Assembly: GCF_036365525.1 (NCBI RefSeq) | Contig: NC_090378.1 | Coordinates: 120,327,593 to 120,391,592 of the forward strand | Origin: Heterodontus francisci | Taxonomy: Eukaryota | Length of the DNA stretch: 64,000 bases | Reading direction: 5' to 3' | Shown here: one piece after another, positions 15,001 to 30,295 of the stretch | Layout of the letters: each line of letters opens with the position of its first letter | Position numbering within the stretch: position 1 is the stretch's first letter | The notes under the pieces: model-generated | Database searches by the model: none | Told to the model about the DNA's origin: nothing | The model's input: only the letters and a program-made list of their open reading frames with translations | Made by a program: the position numbers and the translations under genes

Positions 15001-18000
15001 TGTGTACTCAGGTACATGACACTTCACAATCCAGTCTGTGTACTCAGGTACATCACTCTTCACAATCCAGTCCGTGTTCTCAGGTACATCACACTTCACA
15101 ATCCGGTCTGTGTACTCAGGTACATCACACTTCACAATCCCGTCTGTGTACTCAGGTACAACACACTTCACAATCCAGTCTGTGTACTCAGGTACATGAC
15201 ACTTCACAATCCAGTCTGTGCACTCAGGTACATCACACTTCACAATCCAGTCTGTGTACTCAGGTACATCACACTTCACAATCCAGTCTGTGTACTCAGG
15301 TATATAACACTTCACAAACCAGACTGTGTCCTCAGGTACATCACACTTCGCAATCCAGTCTGTGTACACAGGTACATCACACTTCGCAATCCAGTCTGTG
15401 TACTCAGGTACATCACACTTCGTAATCCAGTCTGTGTACACAGGTACATCACTCTTCACAATCCGGGCTCTGTACTCAGGTACATCACACTTCACAATCC
15501 AGTCTGTGTACTCAGGTACATCACACTTCACAATCCAGTCTGTGTACTCAGGTACATCACTCTTCACAATCCGGGCTGTGTTCTCAGGTACATCACACTT
15601 CACAATCCCGTCTGTGTACTCAGGTACATTACACTTCACAATCCAGTCTGTGTACTCGGGTACATCACACTTCACAATCCAGTCTGTGTACTCAGGTACA
15701 TCACACTTCACAATTCTGTCTGAGTACTCAGGTACATCACACTTCACAATCCAGTCTGTGTACTCAGGTACATCACACTTCACAATCCAGTCTGTATACT
15801 CAGGTACATCACACTTCACAATCCAGTCTGTGTACTCAGGTACATCACACTTCACTATCCATTCTGTGTACTCAGGTACAACACACTTCACAATCCAGTC
15901 CGTGTTCTCAGGTACATCACACTTCACAATCCGGTCTGTGTACTCAGGTACATCACACTTCACAATCCCGTCTGTGTACTCAGGTACAACACACTTCACA
16001 ATCCAGTCTGTGTACTCAGGTACATGACACTTCACAATCCAGTCTGTGCACTCAGGTACATCACACTTCACAATCCAGTCCGTGTTCTCAGGTACATCAC
16101 ACTTCACAATCCGGTCTGTGTACTCAGGTACATCACACTTCACAATCCAGTCTGTGTACTCAGGTACATCACACTTCAAAATCCAGTCTGTGTACTCAGG
16201 TATATAACACTTCACAAACCAGGCTGTGTCCTCAGGTACATCACACTTCGCAATCCAGTCTGTGTACACAGGTACATCACACTTCGCAATCCAGTCTGTG
16301 TACTCAGGTACATCACACTTCGTAATCCATTCTGTGTACACAGGTACATCACTCTTCACAATCCGGGCTCTGTACTCAGGTACATCACACTTCACAATCC
16401 AGTCTGTGTACTCAGGTACATCACACTTCACAATCCAGTCTGTGTACTCAGGTACATCACTCTTCACAATCCGGGCTGTGTTCTCAGGTACATCACACTT
16501 CACAATCCCGTCTGTGTACTCAGGTACATTACACTTCACAATCCAGTCTGTGTACTCGGGTACATCAGGCTTCACAATCCAGTCTGTGTACTCAGGTACA
16601 TCACACTTCACAATTCTGTCTGAGTACTCAGGTACATCACACTTCACAATCCAGTCTGTGTACTCAGGTACATCACACTTCACAATCCAGTCTGTATACT
16701 CAGGTACATCACACTTCACAATCCAGTCTGTGTACTCAGGTACATCACACTTCACAATCCATTCTGTGTACTCAGGTACATCACACTTCACAATCCAGTC
16801 CGTGTTCTCAGGTACATCACACTTCACAATCCGGTCTGTGTACTCAGGTACATCACACTTCACAATCCCGTCTCTGTACTCAGGTACAACACACTTCACA
16901 ATCCAGTCTGTGTACTCAGGTACATGACACTTCACAATCCAGTCTGTGTACTCAGGTACATCACACTTCACAATCCATTCTGTGTACTCAGGTATATCAC
17001 ACTTCACAATCCAGTCTGTGTACTCCGATACATCACACTTCACAATCCAGTCTGTGTACTCAGGTACATCACACTTCACAATCCGGTCTGTGTACTCAGG
17101 GACATCACACTTCACAATCCATTCTGTGTACTCAGGTACATCACACTTCACAATCCAGTCCGTGTACTCAGGTACATCACACTTCACAATCCAGTCTGTG
17201 TACTCAGGTACATGACACTTCACAATCCAGTCTGTGTACTCAGGTACATCACACTTCACAATCCAGTCCGTGTTCTCAGGTACATCACACTTCACAATCC
17301 GGTCTGTGTACTCAGGTACATCACACTTCACAATCCCGTCTGTGTACTCAGGTACAACACACTTCACAATCCAGTCTGTGTACTCAGGTACATGACACTT
17401 CACAATCCAGTCTGTGCACTCAGGTACATCACACTTCACAATCCAGTCCGTGTTCTCAGGTACATCACACTTCACAATCCGGTCTGTGTACTCAGGTACA
17501 TCACACTTCACAATCCAGTCTGTGTACTCAGGTACATCACACTTCAAAATCCAGTCTGTGTACTCAGGTATATAACACTTCACAATCCAGACTGTGTCCT
17601 CAGGTACATCACACTTCGCAATCCAGTCTGTGTACACAGGTACATCACACTTCGCAATCCAGTCTGTGTACTCAGGTACATCACACTTCGTAATCCATTC
17701 TGTGTACACAGGTACATCACTCTTCACAATCCGGGCTCTGTACTCAGGTACATCACACTTCACAATCCAGTCTGTGTACTCAGGTACATCACACTTCACA
17801 ATCCAGTCTGTGTACTCAGGTACATCACTCTTCACAATCCGGGCTGTGTTCTCAGGTACATCACACTTCACAATCCCGTCTGTGTACTCAGGTACATTAC
17901 ACTTCACAATCCAGTCTGTGTACTCGGGTACATCACGCTTCACAATCCAGTCTGTGTACTCAGGTACATCACACTTCACAATTCTGTCTGAGTACTCAGG

Positions 18001-21000
18001 TACATCACACTTCACAATCCAGTCTGTGTACTCAGGTACATCACACTTCACAATCCAGTCTGTATACTCAGGTACATCACACTTCACAATCCAGTCTGTG
18101 TACTCAGGTACATCACACTTCACAATCCATTCTGTGTACTCAGGTACATCACACTTCACAATCCAGTCCGTGTTCTCAGGTACATCACACTTCACAATCC
18201 GGTCTGTGTACTCAGGTACATCACACTTCACAATCCCGTCTCTGTACTCAGGTACAACACACTTCACAATCCAGTCTGTGTACTCAGGTACATGACACTT
18301 CACAATCCAGTCTGTGTACTCAGGTACATCACACTTCACAATCCATTCTGTGTACTCAGGTATATCACACTTCACAATCCAGTCTGTGTACTCCGATACA
18401 TCACACTTCACAATCCAGTCTGTGTACTCAGGTACATCACACTTCACAATCCGGTCTGTGTACTCAGGGACATCACACTTCACAATCCATTCTGTGTACT
18501 CAGGTACATCACACTTCACAATCCAGTCCGTGTACTCAGGTACATCACACTTCACAATCCAGTCTGTGTACTCAGGTACATGACACTTCACAATCCAGTC
18601 TGTGTACTCAGGTACATCACACTTCACAATCCAGTCTGTGTACTCAGGAACATCACACTTCACAATCCGGTCTGTGTACTCAGGTACATCACACTTCACA
18701 ATCCATTCTGTGTACTCAGGTATATAACACTTCACAAACCAGACTGTGTCCTTTGGTACATCACACTTCGCAATCCAGTCTGTGTACACAGGTACATCAC
18801 ACTTCGCAATCCAGTCTGTGTACTCAGGTACATCACACTTCGTCATACAGTCTGTGTACACAGGTACATCACTCTTCACAATCCGGGCTCTGTACTCAGG
18901 TACATCACACTTCACAATCCAGTCTGTGTACTCAGGTACATCACACTTCACAATCCAGTCTGTGTACTCAGGTACATCACACTTCACAATCCAGTCTGTG
19001 TACTCAGGAACATCACACTTCACAATCCAGTCTGTGTACTCAGGTACATCACACTTCACAATCCATTCTGTGTACTCAGGTACATCACACTTCACAATCC
19101 AGTCTGTGTACTCAGGTACATCACACTTCACAATCCAGTCTGTGTACTCAGGTATATCACACTTCACAATCCAGTCTGTGTACTCCGAGACATCACACTT
19201 CACAATCCAGTCTGTGTACTCAGGTACATCACACTTCACAATCCGGTCTATGTACTCAGGGACATCACACGTCACAATCCATTCTGCGTACTCAGGTACA
19301 TCACACTTCACAATCCAGTCCGTGTACTCAGGTACATCACACTTCACAATCCAGTCTGTGGACTTAGGTACATGACACTTCACAATCCAGTCTGTGTACT
19401 CAGGTACATCACACTTCACAATCCAGTCTGTGTACTCAGGAACATCACACTTCACAATCCAGTCTGTGTACTCAGGTACATCACACTTCAAAATCCAGTA
19501 TGTGTACTCAGGTATATAACACTTCACAAACCAGATTGTGTCCTCAGGTACATCACACTTCGCAATCCAGTCTGTGTACACAGGTACATCACACTTCCCA
19601 ATCCAGTCTGTGTACTCAGGTACATCACACTTCGTAATCCAGTCTGCGTACACAGGTACATCACGCTTCACAATCCGGGCTCTGTACTCAGGTACATGAC
19701 ACTTCACAATCCAGTCTGTGTACTCAGGTACATCACACTTCACAATCCAGTCTGTGTAATCAGGTACATCACTCTTCACAATCCGGGCTGTGTTCTCAGG
19801 TACATCACACTTCACAATCCCGTCTGTGTACTCAGGTACATTACACTTCACAATCCAGTCTGTGTACTCGGGTACATCACGCTTCACAATCCAGTCTGTG
19901 TACTCAGGTACATCACACTTCACAATTCTGTCTGAGTACTCAGGTACATCACACTTCACGATCCAGTCTGTGTACTCAGGTACATCACACTTCACAATCC
20001 AGTCTGTATACTCAGGTACATCACACTTCACAATCCAGTCTGTGTACTCAGGTACATCACACTTCACAATCCATTCTGTGTACACAGGTACATCACACTT
20101 CACAATCCAGTCCGTGTTCTCAGGTACATCACACTTCACAATCCGGTCTGTGTACTCAGGTACATCACACTTCACAATCCCATCTGTGTACTCAGGTACA
20201 ACACACTTCACAATCCAGTCTGTGTACTCAGGTACATCACACTTCACAATCCAGTCTGTGTACTCAGGTACATCACACTTCACAATCCAGTCCGTGTTCT
20301 CAGGTACATCACACTTCACAATCCGGTCTGTGTACTCAGGTACATCACACTTCACAATCCACTCAGTGTACTCAGGTACATCACACTTCACAATCCAGTC
20401 CGTGTTCTCAGGTACATCACACTTCACAGTCCTGTCTGTGTACTCAGGTACATCACACTTCACAATCCCGTCTGTGTACTCAGGTACATCACACTTCACA
20501 ACCCAGTCCGTGTACTCAGGTACATCACACTTCACAATCCACTCTTTGTTCTCAGGTACATCACACTTCACAATCCAGTCCGTGTACTCAGGTACATCAC
20601 ACTTCACAATCCAGTCCGTTTACTCAGGTACATCACACTTCACAATCCATTCTGTGTACTCAGGGACATCACACTTCACAATCCAGTCTGTGTACTCAGA
20701 TACATCACACTTCACAATCCAGTCTGTGTACTCAGGTACATCACACTTCACAATCCAGTCTGTGTACTCAGATACATCACACTTCACAATCCGGTCTGTG
20801 TACTCAGGTACATCACACTTCACAATCCATTCTGTGTACTCAGGTACATCACACTTCACAATCCAGTCCGTGTACTCAGGTACTTCACACTTCACAATCC
20901 ATTCTGAGTACTCAGGTACATCACACTTCACAATCCAGTCTGTGTACTCAGTTACATCACACTTCACAATCCAGTCTGTGTACTCAGGAACATCACACTT

Positions 21001-24000
21001 CACAATCCAGTCTGTGTACTCAGGTACATCACACTTCACAATCCATTCTGTGTACTCAGGTACATCACACTTCACAATCCAGTCTGTGTACTCAGGTGCA
21101 TCACACTTCACAATCCAGTCTGTGTGCTCAGGTATATCACACTTCACAATCCAGTCTGTGTACTCCGATACATCACACTTCACAATCCAGTCTGTGTGCT
21201 CAGGTACATCACACTTCACAATCCGGTCTGTGTACTCAGGGACATCACACTTCACAATCCATTCTGTGCACTCAGGTACATCACACTTCACAATCCAGTC
21301 CGTGTACTCAGGCACATCACACTTCACAATCCAGTCTGTGTATTCAGGTACATGACACTTCACAATCCAGTCTGTGTACTCAGGTACATCACACTTCACA
21401 ATCCAGTCTGTGTACTCAGGAACATCACACTTCACAATCCAGTCTGTGTACTCAGGTACATCACACTTCACAATCCAGTCTGTGTACTCCGGTATATAAC
21501 ACTTCACAAACCAGACTGTGTCCTCTGGTACATCACACTTCGCAATCCAGTCAGTGTACACAGGTACATCACACTTCGCAATCCAGTCTATGTACTCAGG
21601 TACATCACACTTCGTAATCCAGTCTGTGTACACAGGTACATCACTCTTCACAATCCGGGCTCTGTACTCAGGTACATCACACTTCACAATCCAGTCTGTG
21701 TACTCAGGTACATCACACTTCACAATCCAGTCTGTGTACTCAGGTACATCACTCTTCACAATCCGGGCTGTGTTCTCAGGTACATCACACTTCACAATCC
21801 AGTCTGTGTACTCAGGTACATTACACTTCACAATCCAGTCTGTGTAATCGGGTACATCACACTTCACCATCCAGTCTGTGTACTCAGGTACATCACACTT
21901 CACAATTCTGTCTGAGTACTCAGTTACATCACACTTCACAATCCAGTCTGTGTACTCAGGTACATCACACTTCGCAATCCAGTCTTTATACTCAGGTACA
22001 TCACAATTCACAATCCAGTCTGTGTAATCAGGTACATCACACTTCACAATCCATTCTGTGTACTCAGGTACATCACACTTCACAATCCAGTCCTTGTTCT
22101 CAGGTACATCACACTTCACAATCCGGTCTGTGTACTCAGGTACATCACACTTCACAATCCCGTCTGTGTACTCAGGTACAACACACTTCACAATCCAGTC
22201 TGTGTACTCAGGTACATGACACTTCACAATCCAGTCTGTGTACTCAGGTACATCACACTTCACAATCCAGTCCGTGTTCTCAGGTACATCACACTTCACA
22301 ATCCGGTCTGTGTACTCAGGTAGATCACACTTCACAATCCAGTCTGTGGACTCAGGTACATCACACTTCACAATCCACTCTGTGTACTCAGGTACAACAC
22401 ACTTCACAATCCAGTCTGTGTACTCAGGTACATCACACTTCACAATCCAGTCTGTGTACTCAGGTACATCACACTTCACAATTCTGTCTGAGTACTCAGG
22501 TACATCACACTTCACAATCCAGTCTGTGTACTCAGGTACATCACACTTCACAATCCAGTCTGGAAACTCAGGTACATCACACTTCACAAACCAGTCTGTG
22601 TAATCAGGTACATCACACTTCACAATCCAGTCTGTGTACTCAGGTACATCACACTTCACAATCCAGTCTGTGTACTCAGGTACATCACTCTTCACAATCC
22701 AGTCCTTGTTCTCAGGTACATCACACTTCACAATCCGGTCTGTGTACTCAGGTACATCACACATCACAATCCCGTCTGTGTACTCAGGTACAACACACTT
22801 CACAATCCAGTCTGTGTACTCAGGTACATGACACTTCACAATCCAGTCTGTGTACTCAGGTACATCACACTTCACAATCCAGTCCGTGTTCTCAGGTACA
22901 TCACACTTCACAATCCGGTCTGTGTACTCAGGTACATCACACTTCACAATCCAGTCTGTGGACTCAGGTACATCACACTTCACAATCCACTCTGTGTACT
23001 CAGGTACAACACACTTCACAATCCAGTCTGTGTACTCAGGTACATGACACTTCACAATCCAGTCTGTGTACTCAGGTACATCACACTTCACAATCCAGTC
23101 CGTGTTCTCAGGTACATCACACTTCACAATCCAGTCTGTGTACTCAGGTACATCACACTTCACAATCCCGTCTGTGTACTCAGGTACATCACTCTTCACA
23201 ATCCGGGCTGTGTTCTCAGGTACATCACACTTCACAATCCAGTCTGTGTACTCAGGTACATTACACTTCACAATCCAGTCTGTGTAATCGGGTACATCAC
23301 ACTTCACCATCCAGTCTGTGTACTCAGGTACATCACACTTCACAATTCTGTCTGAGTACTCAGTTACATCACACTTCACAATCCAGTCTGTGTACTCAGG
23401 TACATCACACTTCACAATCCAGTCTTTATACTCAGGTACATCACACTTCACAATCCAGTCTGTGTAATCAGGTACATCACACTTCACAATCCATTCTGTG
23501 TACTCAGGTACATCACACTTCACAATCCAGTCCTTGTTCTCAGGTACATCACACTTCACAATCCGGTCTGTGTACTCAGGTACATCACACTTCACAATCC
23601 CGTCTGTGTACTCAGGTACAACACACTTCACAATCCAGTCTGTGTACTCAGGTACATGACACTTCACAATCCAGTCTGTGTACTCAGGTACATCACACTT
23701 CACAATCCAGTCCGTGTTCTCAGGTACATCACACTTCACAATCCGGTCTGTGTACTCAGGTACATCACACTTCACAATCCAGTCTGTGGACTCAGGTACA
23801 TCACACTTCACAATCCACTCTGTGTACTCAGGTACAACACACTTCACAATCCAGTCTGTGTACTCAGGTACATCACACTTCACAATCCAGTCTGTGTACT
23901 CAGGTACATCACACTTCACAATTCTGTCTGAGTACTCAGGTACATCACACTTCACAATCCAGTCTGTGAACTCAGGTACATCACACTTCACAATCCAGTC

Positions 24001-27000
24001 TGGAAACTCAGGTACATCACACTTCACAAACCAGTCTGTGTAATCAGGTACATCACACTTCACAATCCAGTCTGTGTACTCAGGTACATCACACTTCACA
24101 ATCCAGTCTGTGTACTCAGGTACATCACTCTTCACAATCCAGTCCTTGTTCTCAGGTACATCACACTTCACAATCCGGTCTGTGTACTCAGGTACATCAC
24201 ACATCACAATCCCGTCTGTGTACTCAGGTACAACACACTTCACAATCCAGTCTGTGTACTCAGGTACATGACACTTCACAATCCAGTCTGTGTACTCAGG
24301 TACATCACACTTCACAATCCAGTCCGTGTTCTCAGGTACATCACACTTCACAATCCGGTCTGTGTACTCAGGTACATCACACTTCACAATCCAGTCTGTG
24401 GACTCAGGTACATCACACTTCACAATCCACTCTGTGTACTCAGGTACAACACACTTCACAATCCAGTCTGTGTACTCAGGTACATGACACTTCACAATCC
24501 AGTCTGTGTACTCAGGTACATCACACTTCACAATCCAGTCCGTGTTCTCAGGTACATCACACTTCACAATCCAGTCTGTGTACTCAGGTACATCACACTT
24601 CACAATCCCGTCTGTGTACTCAGGTACATCACTCTTCACAATCCGGGCTCTGTACTCAGGTACATCACACTTCACAATCCAGTCTGTGTACTCAGGTACA
24701 TCACACTTCACAATCCAGTCTGTGTACTCAGGTACATCACTCTTCACAATCCGGGCTGTGTTCTCAGGTACATCACACTTCACAATCCAGTCTGTGTACT
24801 CAGGTACATTACACTTCACAATCCAGTCCGTGTACTCGGGTACATCACACTTCACAATCCAGTCTGTGTACTCAGGTACATCACACTTCACAATTCTGTC
24901 TGAGTACTCAGGTACATCACACTTCACAATCCAGTCTGTGTACTCAGGTACATCACACTTCACAATCCAGTCTGTATACTCTGGTACAACACACTTCACA
25001 ATCCATTCTGTGTAATCAGGTACATCACACTTCACAATCCATTCTGTGTACTCAGGTACATCACACTTCACAATCCAGTCTTTGTTCTCAGGTACATCAC
25101 ACTTCACAATCCGGTCTGTGTACTCAGGTACATCACACTTCACAATCCCGTCTGTGTACTCAGGTACAACACACTTCACAATCCAGTCTGTGTACTCAGG
25201 TACATGACACTTCACAATCCAGTCTGTGTACTCAGGTACATCACACTTCACAATCCAGTCCGTGTTCTCAGGTACATCACACTTCACAATCCGGTCTGTG
25301 TACTCAGGTACATCACACTTCACAATCCAGTCTGTGTACTCAGGTACATCACACTTCACAATCCACTCTGTGTACTCAGGTACATCACACTTCACAATCC
25401 AGTCCGTGTTCTCAGGTACATCACACTTCACAATCCAGTCTGTGTACTCAGGTACATCACACTTCACAATCCCGTCTGTGTACTCAGGTACATCACACTT
25501 CACAATCCAGTCAGTGTACTCAGGTACATCACACTTCACAATCCAGTCTGTGTACTCAGGTACATCACACTTCACAACCCAGTCCGTGTTCTCAGGTACA
25601 TCACACTTCACAATCCAGTCTGTGTACTCAGGTACATCACACTTCACAATCCAGTCCGTGTACTCAGGTACATCACACTTCACAATCCAGTCTGTGTACT
25701 CAGGTATATCACACTTCACAATCCAGTCTGTGTACTCAGGTATATCACACTTCACAGTCCAGTCTGTGTACTCCGATACATCACACTTCAGAATCCAGTC
25801 CGTGTACTCAGGTACATCACACTTCACAATCCAGTCTGTGTACTCAGGTACATCACACTTCACAATCCAGTCTGTGTACTCAGGTACATCACACTTCACA
25901 ATCCAGTCTGTGTACTCAGGTACATCACTCTTCACAATCCAGTCTGTGTACACAGGTACATCACACTTCGCAATCCAGTCTGTGTACTCAGGTACATCAC
26001 ACTTCGTAATCAAGTCTGTGTACACAGGTACATCACTCTTCACAATCCGGGCTATGTACTCAGGTACATCACACTTCACAATCCAGTCTGTGTACTCAGG
26101 TACATCATTCTTCACAATCCGGGCTGTGTACTCAGGTACATCACACTTCACAATCCAGTCTGTGTACTCAGGTACATTACACTTCACAATCCAGTCTGTG
26201 TACTCGGGTACATTACGCTTCACAATCCAGTCTGTGTACTCAGGTACATCACACTTCACAATTCTGTCTGAGTACTCAGGTACATCACACTTCACAATCC
26301 AGTCTGTGTACTCAGGTACATCACACTTCACAATCCAGTCTGTGTACTCAGATACATCACACTTCACAATCCGGTCTGTGTACTCAGGTACATCACACTT
26401 CACAATCCATTCTGTGTACTCAGGTACATCACACTTCACAATCCCGTCTGTGTACTCAGGTACATCACACTTCACAATCCATTCTGTGTACTCAGATACA
26501 TCACACTTCACAATCCAGTCTGTGTACACAGGTACATCACACTTCACAATCCAATCTGTGTACACAGGTACATCACACTTCACAATCCAATCTGTGTACT
26601 CAGATACATCACACTTCACAATCCGGACTGTGTACTCAGGTACATCACACTTCACAATCCATTCTGTGTACTCAGATACATCACACTTCACAATCCATTC
26701 TGTGTACTCAGGTACATCACACTTCACAATCCGGTCTGTGTACTCAGGTACATCACACTTCACAATCCATTCTGTGTACTCAGATACATCACACTTCACA
26801 ATCCATTCTGTGTACTCAGATACATCACACTTCACAATTCAGTCTGTGTACTCAGATACATCACACTTCACAATCCATTCTGTGTACTCAGGTACATCAC
26901 ACTTCACAATCCGGTCTGTGTACTCAGGTACATCACACTTCACAATCCATTCTGTGTACTCAGATACATCACACTTCACAATCCAGTCTGTGTACTCAGA

Positions 27001-27931
27001 TACATCACACTTCACAATTCAGTTTGTGTACTCAGGTACATCACACTTCACAATCCGGTCTGTGTACTCAGGTACATCACACTTCACAATCCATTCTGTG
27101 TACTCAGGTACATCACACTTCACAATCCGGTCTGTGTACTCAGGTACACCACACTTCACAATCCATTCTGTGTACTCAGATACATCACACTTCACAATCT
27201 ATTCTGTGTACTCAGATACATCACACTTCTCAATCCAGTCTGTGTACTCAGATACATCACACTTCACAATCCGGTCTGTGTACTCAGGTACATCACACTT
27301 CACAATCCATTCTGTGTACTCAGGTACATCACACTTCACAATCCAGTCTGTGTACTTGGGTACATCACGCTTCACGTTCCAATCTGTGTACTCAGATACA
27401 TCACACTTCACAATCCGGTCTGTGTACTCAGTTACATCACACTTCACAATCCATTCTGTGTACTCAGGTACATCACACTTCACAATCCGGTCTGTGTACT
27501 CAGGTACATCACACTTCACAATCCAATCTGTGTACTCAGATACATCACACTTCACAATCCGGTCTGTGTACTCAGGTACATCACACATCACAATCCATTC
27601 TGTGTCCTCAGGTACATCACACTTCACAATCCATTCTGTGTACTCAGGTACGTCACACTTCACAATCCATTCTGTGTACTCAGGTACATCACACTTCACA
27701 ATCCAGTCTGTGTACTCAGGTACATCACACTTCACAATCCAGTCTGTGTACTCAGGAACATCACACTTCACAATCCAGTCTGTGTACTCAGGTACATCAC
27801 ACTTCACAATCCAGTATGTGTACTCAGGAACATCACACTTCACAGTCCTGTCTGTGTACTCAGGTAGATCACACTTCACAATCCAGTCTGTGTACTCAGG
27901 AACATCACACTTCACAATCCAGTATGAATAC
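1..27931. repeat. 36-bp tandem satellite, consensus TACATCACACTTCACAATCCAGTCTGTGTACTCAGG, about 775 units, running off the window start
   Basis: The unit is read directly. Every 180th position (1, 181 ... 27901) starts a unit and (27901-1)/36 = 775, so the register is kept throughout. The array decays at about 27925-27931. Confidence 0.99.
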
Positions 27932-28599
27932 AGCATGCAGTGTTTAACTCACAAGTCTTATCCTCATTCTACTTTATCTACATCTACATTCCATTCATAC
28001 TGCCACTGAATCAGAGCACATCAAAGATACATAAAAGTGATATCAGAATAACCACATGGAGCCAGCAAAGGCTCTTTATTCCTCTCTATCCCTTCAAATC
28101 ATCCTGTTTCAATGGTTATATTGCCCTCTGAAGCTCCATGATTATATTGCTGTTACAAATTCCTCTGATGATTTGATTAATATAAACACAAGTGAGCAGA
28201 TTAACATTTCCAGACTATCAGAGACATGGATGAGTGAATTGCAGTACAAGTAGAGGCCACCCCAATGTCTGAGTGCTCCAGTGGAAGCTCAGACTGTGGT
28301 ATTGTAATCTGAGCTTGCTGCCACACAGGCTCTGACTGCTGCCATCATGGCTGTGGATGCCAGTGCTCAAAGGGGCTTGCAGGATCACACAGCAGCCCAG
28401 CACCAAGTCCAGCTTGATGGAGTACTGCTTCAACAGATACCTAACTCGGAGAATGGGGGATTGAGAGAATTCAGTGCAATGACTGAAGAGGTTCTGTTCT
28501 GATCTTTTGCAAAACACGGAGCAGTCTGAGTGATGAAGCGGGAAACAGCGAGACCTGGTGATCAGCTCTAAGTGTTTCTAGATAATAGTCTAGAAAGTA

Positions 28600-30092
28600 A
28601 AACACGGCAGGGAACCTCAGCCCCGTGGAATACACATCCTGTGTCATGTGGGAAATCCTGGACACTTCACATGAACTGGATGACCACATGTACAGGAAGT
28701 GTCACCGGTTACAGCAGCTCGTGCTCTGGGTTTCGGAGTTTGAGCAGTGACTGGAGTCACTATGCAGCATCCACGAGGCTGAGAGCTTTCTGGAGGTGGT
28801 CACCCTGCAGTTTAAAAATGTGCTGGCAGAGGGGGAATGGGTGAGGGCCAGAAGAACAAGGAGGACCAGGCATGCAGGACAGTGATCCCATGAGTGCGTC
28901 TCAATCTCTAACTGGTATTCAGTTCTGAATACTGGTCAGAGTAATGGTTCCACTGGGGAGTGCAGGCAGAGCCAAGTCCACAGCACCATGGGTGTCTCAG
29001 CTGTACAGGGAGGGAGGAAGAAGAGTGGAAGAGCAATAGTGGGAGGGACTTCGATAGTGAGGAGAATAGACAGGTGCTTCTGTGACTACAGAGGTGTCTC
29101 CATGATGGTATGTTGCCTCCCTGGTGCCAGGGACAAGGATATCACTGAGCGTCAGCAGGACATTCTGACAGGGGAGAGTGAACAGCCAGAGGTCGTGGTC
29201 CATATTGGCACCAATGACAGAGGCAGAAGGAGGGATGAGGTCCTGAGGCAGAATTTAGGCAGCTAGGAGGGAGATTGAAAAGCAGAACCTCAAAAGTATT
29301 AATCTCCAGATTACTCCCAGTGCCACGTGTTAGTGAGTACAGAAATAGGAAGATAGAGCTGATGAATACATAGAGCTGGAGAGATTATGCAGGAGGGAGG
29401 GCTTTAGATTCCTGAGGCTTTGGGACTGCTTCTGGAGGAGGTGGGACCTGGACAAGACGGACTGTTTGCAAATCAACAGGGCCGGGACCAATATCCTCGC
29501 AGTGAGTTTTACTCGTGCTGTTGGGGAGAGTTTAAACTAGCTGAGCACAGGGATGGGAACCTGAGAGTAGATTCAGAAGAGAGAGAAGAAAAGTTGGAAA
29601 TGGAAGGCAGTAAATTAGTCAGCGTGTTTGGAAGGCAGAGAAAACGAAGGTTAGAAAATAAACAAGGGAGTTTGACAGAGCTAAATAATCCAAGTTGAGG
29701 AAATAAGGCTGATGAGCTGAGAGCACAGATTGACACATGGCAGTATGATATTTTAGCTATTACTGAGACATGGCTGAAAGAAGGGCAGGAATGGCAGCTC
29801 AACATTCCTAGTTACAGGGTTTTCAGACGAGACAGAGATGGGGATATCTCAGGAGGGGGTGAGTTGCAATATTGATTAAAGAAACAATTATAGCTGTGAG
29901 GAGAGAAGATATGGTAGAAGGATAAACAAATGTTGCCATATGGGTTGAACTGAAGAACAAAACAGGGACAATCACACTACTGGGAGTGTGCTATAGACCC
30001 TGAAACTGTTAGAAGGGGAGAGAAGAGCAAATATGTAGATAAATTTCAGAACTGCAAAAACAATTAAACAGTAATAGTGGGGGATTTCAACT
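28600..30092 (+). mobile_element. Degenerate CR1 LINE 5' part: ORF1 (Cys-rich N-terminus plus SGNH esterase-like domain) and start of the ORF2 endonuclease
   Basis: ORF 28988-29266 reads AIVGGTSIVR...MVCCLPGAR...PEVVVHIGTND, a CR1 ORF1 esterase motif. From about 29700 it reads NKADELRAQIDTWQYDILAITETWLKEGQEWQLNIP (APE domain). It has stops and frameshifts. Confidence 0.85.
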
Positions 30093-30295
30093 GAATTACA
30101 GAATTACAACAATTTCACAGAATTACAACAGTCTTTAGTGACCTTAATGTGTTGTCATCACCTCACCGAAAGTGAGTAGTACTTTTATACCCCTTAACCT
30201 TGCATCGATTCTCACTACTTAGTGAAATCAAGGTAACATTTTAACAAATCTATTTTACATCCTGTCAAAGAGCAAATAATATCTAGCACAGCACA

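Noticed and set aside
1-27931. CRISPR array (36-bp repeats)
   Set aside because: The units are head-to-tail with no spacers, there are no cas genes, and the context is vertebrate.
1-27931. Array of cryptic V(D)J recombination signals (CACAATC in each unit)
   Set aside because: At 23-bp spacing the nonamer position reads ACACTTCAC (4/9 match, no A-tract), so it is not a credible RSS.
1-28009. Giant ORFs (up to 2538 aa) of KCDVPEYTDWIV, TSHFTIQSVYSG or YITLHNPVCVLR repeats as a novel repeat protein
   Set aside because: The unit is a multiple of 3 and stop-free in four of six frames, so long ORFs are automatic. Each frame is broken by stops (about 15 in the KCDV frame) that were copied along with the duplications. 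No unique terminal domain or synonymous bias is evident.
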